A stretch of 45,731 nucleotides of DNA from Gemmatimonadaceae bacterium (GTDB lineage Bacteria; Gemmatimonadota; Gemmatimonadetes; Gemmatimonadales; Gemmatimonadaceae): the NCBI GenBank assembly GCA_036493195.1, contig DASXQD010000280.1, positions 1-45,731 on the forward strand. Reading direction: 5' to 3'. Positions 38,578 to 45,731 of this stretch are shown piece by piece. The notes under the pieces were generated by a model. That model did not search any database. It saw nothing but the letters and a program-made list of their open reading frames with translations, and was not told the DNA's origin. Made by a program: the position numbers and the translations under genes. The first letter of the stretch is position 1. Every line of letters begins with the position of its first letter.

Positions 38578-40374
38578 TCATCGCAATCCGAAGTGTCGTC
38601 GAAGCAGCCACTCCGCACACAAGGCGGCGAGCAGCAGCAGATAAATCCAGTGGAGGTCTCGCAAGTGCGGCTGATCGCCGAACGGAGCGGCGCCGCCCAC
38701 CGCTCCCGTGCGCACGTTTGCGCGGCGCGGCAACAGCTCCCGCGATGCATTCACGATGAGCAGCGAAGTCCCCCCGCTCACTCGCGTCTCGTACACGCCC
38801 GCATCGAGCGGACTGCTCTCGGCGAGCGCGCCCGGGCCTCCGAAGCGTAGCGCCAGCGTGTCGGCGTTCGCCGCACCGCGCTTGCGCATCTCGACGCGAA
38901 CGAGCGTGTCGTTTCCCGTTCCTCGCCGCCACCGGATGCGATCGCCGGCGCGCACGATCGGATCCGCCGGAAGCGCCGCCCGCGGATCCGGCCGCTCCGC
39001 TGTGAGCCAATCAAATATACCGCCCCAGAGAGTGGCGTAGGCGTCGCGGCTCACGCCGCCGCGAAAGGACCAGCGCCAGAATCCGGACGCGCCCACCGTC
39101 ACGACGCGACGTCCACTCTCCGTGCCCGCAATCGCCGCACGGCGCTCGCTGCTGCGCGCGGGCGCGGTGAGCAGCCCCGTCCAGTCACCGCGCACGCCGG
39201 AAGAAACGCTGAGCGGCGCCAGACTGTCCCACGGCACGCCGGACAGCACCGCCGCGATGGGCGACGCGGGCGCCGCCGCGGGATACCACTCGCCGATCGT
39301 GTCCGCCGATGGCGAGTAGAGCAGGAGCGAGCCCTTGGTCGCTGCGCGCGGCGCACCAAACAGCGCCGTGTCGCCATGCACGATCGCAAGTGGCGCCTCG
39401 GCGAGGGCGGCGCGGACCGACGCCTCGCTCACCGCCGCGAGCGTGCCGTCCTGGCGCCACATGCCGGGTGCAACCCGAAAATACGCGCGCGTTGGAAGCG
39501 CGACGGCACCGCGCAGCACCGGGATGAGAAATCGCGCGTCAACGTCCGGCGCGGTCGACGCGAGCACCGCACCCGCCGCTGGAGACACCTGCACGGCCAT
39601 CGCGAGCGTGTCGTTGCGATGCTCGACGTCTCCGGCGACGCTGACGATCGCAGCGAGCGGCACGCTCCGCACCGCGCCCTGAATTCTCCCGCGCATCGTG
39701 AGCGTGCGCTCTACGCCGGCACCGAGCGAGTCGATCGGCATCGTCGCGATCGCGTCGCTCCCCGCCAGCAGCGAGAGTGTAGCGCCGCGAACCGCGAGCG
39801 CTCCTGCGCGCACCGTCACTCGCGCCTCGAGCGTGTCGTTCGCGACCACGGCACGCGGGGCATCGAGCGCAATCACGGCTGCATCGGTGACCGAAGGGTG
39901 CGCGAGGACCTCCACGCGCGAGCCCGCGGGAAGCGATGTCAGCGCCGCGGGATCATCGAGCTCGCCATCGGTGATGAGCACGAGCGGGCGCCCCACCGCG
40001 AGCGCCCGCTCCGCGAGTGGCATCGCGCGCGTGGCCGCGTCGCGCGGGATTGCGGGCGCCTTCCCCGTGCGCGCCGAGTCGCCGAAGAGCAACAGCTCCG
40101 ACGAGGCACCGCGAGCCGAGGAGATCGCGCGAAGCCACAGCGCGCTGTCGCCGCCCCGTAGCCAGCTCTCGGATGCATCGAGCGCCGCGATCGGCGGCAC
40201 CGCGCGGCGCGGACCAGCGGGCGCGTCGAACAGCAGCGCGAGCACGATGATCCATGCGAGTGCGCGGAGCACGGCGAGCCAGCGCGCGCGCCGGCCCTCT
40301 CCCGCAGCCGGCGCACGATACGACCACCACGCCAGCACCGCCGCGAGCAGCAGCGAAAGAAGCCAAGCGAGCAT
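38578..40374 (-). CDS. BatA-like membrane protein: N-terminal double-TM, degenerate vWA domain, C-terminal TM anchor
   Basis: 598 aa. Two N-terminal TM helices (LAWLLSLLLAAVLAWW; LAVLRALAWIIVLALLF). DxSxS-type motif LDASES and LVLITDGE as in vWA/MIDAS folds. C-terminal TM WIYLLLLAALCAEWLL. Confidence 0.6.
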   Translation of the reverse strand: MLAWLLSLLLAAVLAWWSYRAPAAGEGRRARWLAVLRALAWIIVLALLFDAPAGPRRAVPPIAALDASESWLRGGDSALWLRAISSARGASSELLLFGDSARTGKAPAIPRDAATRAMPLAERALAVGRPLVLITDGELDDPAALTSLPAGSRVEVLAHPSVTDAAVIALDAPRAVVANDTLEARVTVRAGALAVRGATLSLLAGSDAIATMPIDSLGAGVERTLTMRGRIQGAVRSVPLAAIVSVAGDVEHRNDTLAMAVQVSPAAGAVLASTAPDVDARFLIPVLRGAVALPTRAYFRVAPGMWRQDGTLAAVSEASVRAALAEAPLAIVHGDTALFGAPRAATKGSLLLYSPSADTIGEWYPAAAPASPIAAVLSGVPWDSLAPLSVSSGVRGDWTGLLTAPARSSERRAAIAGTESGRRVVTVGASGFWRWSFRGGVSRDAYATLWGGIFDWLTAERPDPRAALPADPIVRAGDRIRWRRGTGNDTLVRVEMRKRGAANADTLALRFGGPGALAESSPLDAGVYETRVSGGTSLLIVNASRELLPRRANVRTGAVGGAAPFGDQPHLRDLHWIYLLLLAALCAEWLLRRHFGLR

Positions 40375-40430
40375 GTGAGAAACGTGAACGGGTGAGCACC
40401 GGGCGCAAAGCGCGGCGCGCCTCCCGCGTG

Positions 40431-41681
40431 TCAGACGTGCGCCTTGCCCAGGCTCGCGAGGAGGGTCGCCAGCTGCGCATCGAAGCGCGGACGGTCCGCC
40501 GGCGCGAGCGGCACGCCTGCGCTCTTCTTCAACGCCACGGAGGGATCGCGCTGCGCGCCATCCACGAGCAGCTCGAAGTGCAGATGCGGACCCGTCGCGA
40601 GACCCGTCATGCCGACGAAGCCGATCGTCTGGCCGATCGTGACCGAGCGTCCGGCACGAATCCCCGACGCAAAGCCGCGCAGATGCCCGTAGCGGCTCAC
40701 GAGCCCGTTGCGATGACGAATCTCGATCAGGTTCCCGTAGCCGCCGCGAACGCCCGCAAAAGTCACGACGCCGTCACCGATGGTGCGCACGGGCGTTCCC
40801 GCGTTCGCTGCGTAGTCGGTGCCCTCGTGGCGGCGCCAAATGCCGAGAATTGGATGCTTTCGGAGTCCGAACACGCTCGAGATACGACGAAACTCGAGCG
40901 GCGCGCGCAGAAATGCTGCTCGCATTGAGCGCCCGGTCGCATCGAAGTAGGCGGCGTGGCCATCCCCTTCGTCGAAACGCACGGTCTCCGTGGTCGCGCC
41001 CGAGAGCACCATGCGTGCGGCAAGCACGCGGCCGATCTTCGTCTGCCCGTTCGCCCCGACCATCCGCTCGAAGAGCACGCGAAAGGCGTCACCTGGCTGC
41101 AGCTCGCGGCTCATGTCCACGCGATACTCGAAGATGTCGGCGAGCGTCCACGCCAGCTCGGCCCGTGCACTCTTGGGAAGCACCGTCGCGCTGTCGTCGA
41201 GCGCCTGATACAAGTTCTCGCTGATGCGGCCGCTCACGACGAGCGTGTCCGTCACCCACGGCAGCCGCTCTTCGCTGCTCGTCCAGGAGGAGTCACCGGT
41301 GCGACGCACGTGGAGCAGCCGGTCCGGCGCGAGATGAAAGACGATCTCGCGAGGGCTGGATCCAGCGGAGTCCGAGCGCACGGTCACGGCCATTCCCGCC
41401 GGAATGCGTCTCGCGTCGAGCGCGCTCGCATCCATCACGCGCGGCAGTGCCTCCGGGCTCACGCCGCGGCGAGACAGCAGGTCACCGAGTGTCTCGCCGG
41501 AATGCAGCGTGTCACGCACGGCCGCGAGCGAATCGGAGTCGCTCGCGAGGGACGGCACGGCGCTCACCTCGATTGGGTGTGGAGCGTCGAGCCAGGGCTT
41601 CGGCAGATCCACGGACAGGGCCCACGCAGCAAGCGCCACGGCGACCACCGTGGTCACCGCGCGAGGCGTGGGCTTCTTCAA
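40431..41681 (-). CDS. M23 family metallopeptidase (peptidoglycan DD-endopeptidase-like)
   Basis: 416 aa. N-terminal anchor [21 protein letters not shown]. LysM/OapA-like segment ([18 protein letters not shown]). Catalytic HEGTDYA (HxxxD) and GPHLHFE (HxH) are intact. TTG start in a TTGA overlap with the ftsZ stop. Confidence 0.85.
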   Translation of the reverse strand: MKKPTPRAVTTVVAVALAAWALSVDLPKPWLDAPHPIEVSAVPSLASDSDSLAAVRDTLHSGETLGDLLSRRGVSPEALPRVMDASALDARRIPAGMAVTVRSDSAGSSPREIVFHLAPDRLLHVRRTGDSSWTSSEERLPWVTDTLVVSGRISENLYQALDDSATVLPKSARAELAWTLADIFEYRVDMSRELQPGDAFRVLFERMVGANGQTKIGRVLAARMVLSGATTETVRFDEGDGHAAYFDATGRSMRAAFLRAPLEFRRISSVFGLRKHPILGIWRRHEGTDYAANAGTPVRTIGDGVVTFAGVRGGYGNLIEIRHRNGLVSRYGHLRGFASGIRAGRSVTIGQTIGFVGMTGLATGPHLHFELLVDGAQRDPSVALKKSAGVPLAPADRPRFDAQLATLLASLGKAHV

Positions 41682-42883
41682 TCCATCTGCCGCCGGATGA
41701 AAGTCGGGATCTCCATGTCGTTCAGATCCTGAGCCTTCTCCTGCGGTGTCTGCGGAGCGGCGCCCGGTTGCGGCATTGGAGAGCGCCGGCTGACCTCACT
41801 GGGCACGGGCCGCGGCGTTGGCACCGTGGTGCGAAGCGGGCGCTGATTCGGGAACGGGATCACGGGCGTCTGCGAGGCGTTTCGCTGCGCCTCGTGCGAC
41901 GCGGACGGCGCAGCGCTCGAAGGCACACGGTCGAAGCCCGTCGCGATCACGGTGACGCGAATCTCGCCCTGCATTGCGGGCTCATTCACGGCGCCGAAGA
42001 TGATCTCGGCGTCATCGCCCACCGCGTCGTGCACGATCTCGTTGATCTGGTGCACTTCGCCGAGCGTGAGGTCCGTGCCACCGGTGATGTTCACGAGCAC
42101 GCCCGTGGCGCCCGAGATCGAGACGTTGTCCAGCAACGGAGACGAGATTGCCTGCTGCGCCGCCTCGGTCGCGCGATTTTCTCCGCGCCCGATGCCCGTG
42201 CCCATGAGCGCCGAGCCGCCGCTCTGCATCACGGTGCGCACGTCCGCGAAATCCACGTTCACGAGACCGGTGACGCTGATCAGGTTCGAAATGCCCTGCG
42301 TTGCGTGCAGGAGAACCTCGTCCGCCTTCTTGAGCGCGTCGCCAAAGGGAATGCCCTTGCCCACCACCGCGAGCAGGCGCTCGTTCGGCACCGTGATCAT
42401 CGTGTCGACGTGCTTGCGCATCTCGGCGATGCCCATTTCCGCCTGCCGCATGCGCTTGCGCCCCTCGAACAGGAAGGGCTTGGTCACGATGCCCACACAG
42501 AGCGCGCCGGCCTCGCGAGCCATCTCGCACACGATCGGCGCCGCGCCGGTGCCCGTTCCGCCGCCCATGCCGCAGGTGACGAACACGAGATCCGCGCCCG
42601 AGAGCACGCGGAGCACCTCATCGCGATTCTCCTCGACGGCCTGGCGACCGATCTCGGGTCGCGCGCCGGCACCAAGTCCGCGCGTCAGTTTTTTTCCGAT
42701 CTGGATCTTCACGTCGGACTTCGAGCTCAGGAGCGCCTGCGCGTCCGTATTCACCGAAATGAACTCGACGCCCTCGAGGTGCTCCTCGATCATTCGATTG
42801 ACGGCGTTCCCACCACCACCGCCGACGCCGACGACCTTCATGCGGGCGTTCTGCGAGGTGTTCTCCTCGAACTCGAAAATCAT
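41678..42883 (-). CDS. ftsZ: Cell division protein FtsZ
   Basis: MIFEFEEN...[29 protein letters not shown] tubulin signature, C-terminal conserved peptide [11 protein letters not shown]. The ATG at 42883 (GGAG 11-14 nt upstream) is preferred over the TTG at 42919. Confidence 0.96.
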   Translation of the reverse strand: MIFEFEENTSQNARMKVVGVGGGGGNAVNRMIEEHLEGVEFISVNTDAQALLSSKSDVKIQIGKKLTRGLGAGARPEIGRQAVEENRDEVLRVLSGADLVFVTCGMGGGTGTGAAPIVCEMAREAGALCVGIVTKPFLFEGRKRMRQAEMGIAEMRKHVDTMITVPNERLLAVVGKGIPFGDALKKADEVLLHATQGISNLISVTGLVNVDFADVRTVMQSGGSALMGTGIGRGENRATEAAQQAISSPLLDNVSISGATGVLVNITGGTDLTLGEVHQINEIVHDAVGDDAEIIFGAVNEPAMQGEIRVTVIATGFDRVPSSAAPSASHEAQRNASQTPVIPFPNQRPLRTTVPTPRPVPSEVSRRSPMPQPGAAPQTPQEKAQDLNDMEIPTFIRRQMD

Positions 42884-43069
42884 GGCGGGGAGGACTCCAG
42901 GAAGTGGGAGATCCTGCAAATGGACGGCGGCACGGCGAGGCGAGTCATGCGGAGGTTACAGGCAGGTACCAAAAGCTGCGGTGAATATAATGCCGACTTC
43001 CAAATAGCACACTAACAAATAACGGTTATTCTCGTGTGGATAACTCTTTTGATCGGCCGTCCAACGAAA

Positions 43070-44338
43070 CTAGAAAAAATCCTGCAACCATGTCTTGACA
43101 CGTTGTGCGATGCGATCCACGCCCGGTGACGACATCGCTTTTCGCTTCCCCGACACCACCGATCCTGCCCCGCCGAGCGACATGCGATGCGCGCCGAAGA
43201 GCGCGAGTCCCACCGCAGTCGAGAATCGCGGCGCCTCCACGGCATCGCTCAACCCGCCCACGCGTGCCGCCGGCGAGCCCACGCGCGCGCCCGTGCCGAA
43301 GACATCGCTCGCCAGCTCCGCCGCTCCCATGATCGCCGCCGCACCACCCGTGAGCACCACACCCGCGCTCAAGCGCCCCGCGAAGCCCGAATCGTGTATC
43401 TGCTGATTCACGAGACCGAAAATCTCGTCCATCCGCTGGTGAATGATGTGCGCGAGCAGCTCGCGCTTGATCTCACGATCGCCCTGCGCCACGGTGCTGG
43501 GAAGGGTGATGACCTCATCCGAGTGCTCGAAGAACGGCTCGTACGCGCATCCGTATTTTTCCTTCAGACGCTCGGCGTCGGCTTGCGTGACACCGATCCC
43601 GTGCACGATGTCGCTCGTCACGTGCGCGCCGCCGTACGCAATCGTGCCGAGGAAGCGAATCTTGTCCTCGTGGAAGATCGCGAGATCCGTCGTACCGGCG
43701 CCCATCTCGACGAGCGCGACGCCGAGCTCCTTCTCCTCGTCGGTGACGACGGCGAAGGAGCTCGCGAGCGGCTCGAGCACGAGCTCGCGAACCTTGTATC
43801 CCGCCCGCTCGATCGATTTCCGCAGGTTGAGCGCGGGAGACGAGCCGATCGTGACCAGGTACATCTCCGTCTCCAGCCGCATGCCGCTCATCCCGACGGG
43901 ATCGCGAATGCCCGCGTTCCTGTCCACGCGATACTCCTGCGGGATCGCATGGAGCAGCTCGCGATCCGTCGGGATCGGCTGCGTGCGCGCAACCTCGTTC
44001 GCGCGGTCGATATCGGAGCGCGTCACTTCGTCGCCGTTCACCGCGACCACCCCGGAGCTGTTCATCGCCTCCACGTGCTCGCCCGCGATCCCCGCGTATA
44101 CGCCATCCACCTGCACGCCCGCCATTCGCTCCGCCTCGCGCATCGCCTTCTGAATGGATTGCGTGGTCTCCTTGATATCGGACACGACTCCGCGTCGCAT
44201 GCCCGCGGTGCGCGCGTTCCCGACGCCAAGGATCTTGAGTGAGGGTGCGTGGGGAAAATCACCCACCGCCTCGGCAATGATGGCAGTGGTGCGTGAAGAG
44301 CCTATGTCGAGCCCGGCGACCAATCGTTCGGGATTCAT
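43070..44338 (-). CDS. ftsA: Cell division protein FtsA
   Basis: 422 aa. Actin-fold motifs GLDIGSSRT, VEMGAGTTDLAI, VLTGGAA. C-terminal amphipathic helix VKTWLQDFF. ATGA overlap with ftsQ. Confidence 0.94.
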   Translation of the reverse strand: MNPERLVAGLDIGSSRTTAIIAEAVGDFPHAPSLKILGVGNARTAGMRRGVVSDIKETTQSIQKAMREAERMAGVQVDGVYAGIAGEHVEAMNSSGVVAVNGDEVTRSDIDRANEVARTQPIPTDRELLHAIPQEYRVDRNAGIRDPVGMSGMRLETEMYLVTIGSSPALNLRKSIERAGYKVRELVLEPLASSFAVVTDEEKELGVALVEMGAGTTDLAIFHEDKIRFLGTIAYGGAHVTSDIVHGIGVTQADAERLKEKYGCAYEPFFEHSDEVITLPSTVAQGDREIKRELLAHIIHQRMDEIFGLVNQQIHDSGFAGRLSAGVVLTGGAAAIMGAAELASDVFGTGARVGSPAARVGGLSDAVEAPRFSTAVGLALFGAHRMSLGGAGSVVSGKRKAMSSPGVDRIAQRVKTWLQDFF

Positions 44339-45039
44339 TGCGTCCTGGCGATGACCTGATCACGAAAGCGCAGATCGAGCTCGGTCACGCGTGCCTTGCG
44401 GCGCGCGAGGTCCGCCTCGACGGGGAGAATGTCGGCCAGCCGCTGCGCGGAGATGCCCACGAGCGCCCGAACCTGTGCGGTTTGTAGCGTGAGAGCGATG
44501 TCGGTGCCTCCCGTTCTCCGAATGTCGCTGATTTCTCCGAAGAGCGCAGGACTCACACTTCGGATGCTGGCGAGCAAATGCAGGAGCGCGGTGTCCGCCC
44601 TGGCGAGCACCGGCAGATCGATGGCGATTCGACTCGGATCGATCGGGAGAAAGCGACCATCCTTGTCGACCGGCCGCAAGCCTTGCGAGGTCGTGACGTA
44701 GGCGATCGGCGGATTTTCGGTGATTCGAACGACGAGCGTGCCGGGCAGATCCCGATCCACTGTCGCAGACTTTATCTGCGGATGCATTTCGACGCGGTGC
44801 TCCAGCTCACTCAGATCCGTCCACACGCTCGTAGTGGTGTCGAGACGAAGACGCGCGAGCACGTCCGCTGGTTGCACATACCGGTAGCCCGACACCTCGA
44901 CGTCGTGCACGCGGAAGAACGAGAGGCGCGACAGAGCGGGCGGTCCCCACCATGGCGACGCGAGCAGAACGATTACGCCAGCGACGATGCCCATCGTTCG
45001 CCAGCGGATCGCAGCGATGAAATCGAGCGGGCGCGTCAT
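44335..45039 (-). CDS. ftsQ: Cell division protein FtsQ (POTRA domain)
   Basis: 234 aa from the ATG at 45039 (ATGA overlap with the murC stop). Single TM (MGIVAGVIVLLASPWW) followed by a POTRA-like FRVHDVEVSGYRYV. Position between murC and ftsA fits. Confidence 0.8.
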   Translation of the reverse strand: MTRPLDFIAAIRWRTMGIVAGVIVLLASPWWGPPALSRLSFFRVHDVEVSGYRYVQPADVLARLRLDTTTSVWTDLSELEHRVEMHPQIKSATVDRDLPGTLVVRITENPPIAYVTTSQGLRPVDKDGRFLPIDPSRIAIDLPVLARADTALLHLLASIRSVSPALFGEISDIRRTGGTDIALTLQTAQVRALVGISAQRLADILPVEADLARRKARVTELDLRFRDQVIARTQ

Positions 45040-45731
45040 TGTTCGGCCGAGAGCAGCGCGAGCAGCTCGGGACCGGTGCGTGTGATGTCCCCCGCGCCCA
45101 GGGTGAGCACGACATCTCCGGGCTCCGTGCCGGCCGCGAGCGCAGCGGCGAGTGCGGTGCGCTCGCCGCGCCACGTCACGGCGCGCCCCGCCACGCGCGC
45201 AGCTCCATCGATGAGCGCGGCGGTCACCCCGCTGATCGGCTTCTCGCGCGCGCCATAGATCTCGGTGAGATAAATGGTGTCCGCGGCAGCGAGCGCTCCG
45301 CCGAAATCTCCAGCGAAGTCACGCGTTCGCGAATAGAGATGCGGCTGAAAGGCGGCGATGATCCTGCGTCCGGGAAACGCTGCGCGCGCGGCGGCCAGCG
45401 TCGCGCGAATCTCGGTGGGATGGTGCGCGTAGTCGTCCACCACGGTCACTCCCCGCACCTCACCAAGTCTCTGGAACCGCCGGTCGACGCCGCCGAACGC
45501 CGCAAGCCCGGGAGCCATCTCGCTGAGCGGAACGCCGAGCGCGTGTCCGCTGCCCAGGGCGGCGAGCGCGTTGAGCACGTTGTGCGTGCCCGGCACGCGA
45601 AGACGGATCTCCGCCTCCTCGCGCCCGTCGCACACGGCGGTGAACGTGCTTCCACCGTCCACGCTCCGAAGATCGCGCGCAACGAGTCGTGCGTCCGGCG
45701 ACTGGATCCCGTAGCGAACGATCACTGCCGT
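45036..45731 (-). CDS. murC: UDP-N-acetylmuramate--L-alanine ligase, C-terminal part (5' end lies beyond the window)
   Basis: VPGTHNVLNALAA, DDYAHHPTEI, FQPH.YSRT motifs of Mur ligase central and C-terminal domains. The ORF is open to the window edge. Confidence 0.92.
   Translation of the reverse strand, partial: TAVIVRYGIQSPDARLVARDLRSVDGGSTFTAVCDGREEAEIRLRVPGTHNVLNALAALGSGHALGVPLSEMAPGLAAFGGVDRRFQRLGEVRGVTVVDDYAHHPTEIRATLAAARAAFPGRRIIAAFQPHLYSRTRDFAGDFGGALAAADTIYLTEIYGAREKPISGVTAALIDGAARVAGRAVTWRGERTALAAALAAGTEPGDVVLTLGAGDITRTGPELLALLSAEQ

Overview
High-GC (about two thirds G+C by eye) bacterial chromosomal segment that looks like core genome. I call 43 CDS, 40 of them on the minus strand. 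Positions 45-30985 form an unbroken same-strand run of 31 genes, and many junctions are 1-, 4-, 8- or 11-nt stop/start overlaps (ATGA, GTGA, TTGA, TAGTG, TAATG).

Content from left to right:
- BFN/DUF151 nuclease, then ahcY-metK (methyl cycle).
- A fully overlapped 7-gene PTS block: hprK, EIIA/B/C/D of the mannose family, ptsH, ptsI.
- A GT4 glycosyltransferase, nusB, and the rib operon (ribD-ribE-ribBA-ribH).
- A secreted or outer-membrane hypothetical protein, purM, a PfkB kinase, argS, and an FmdB zinc-ribbon protein.
- A split methylmalonyl-CoA-mutase catalytic subunit, and fbp.
- comEC-comFB-miaB, then a REC-histidine kinase hybrid, a FadL/PorV-like barrel plus lipoprotein pair, cdd and alr.
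- mazG (+), asnS, a HAMP histidine kinase with a coupled lipoprotein (+), recG and ftsY.
- A vWA membrane protein, an M23 peptidase, and the distal dcw cluster (ftsZ-ftsA-ftsQ-murC, with murC truncated by the window edge).

Gene content and style (FadL/PorV-like barrel, few clear Shine-Dalgarno sequences, very high GC3) suggest an FCB-group or Gemmatimonadota-like organism. This cannot be verified here.

I found no tRNA, rRNA, CRISPR array, transposase, integrase, phage genes or recognisable defence system. The long plus-strand ORFs antisense to the genes are high-GC artefacts.

I do not see a convincing, clearly novel system. The best candidates for follow-up are:
1. The coupled lipoprotein + barrel pair next to a sensorless REC-HK.
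2. comFB overlapping comEC.
3. The complete HprK/mannose-type PTS with no catabolic partner genes.
4. The M23 peptidase translationally coupled to ftsZ.
5. Three atypically long, lower-GC, structured spacers, and a 3x12-nt tandem repeat.
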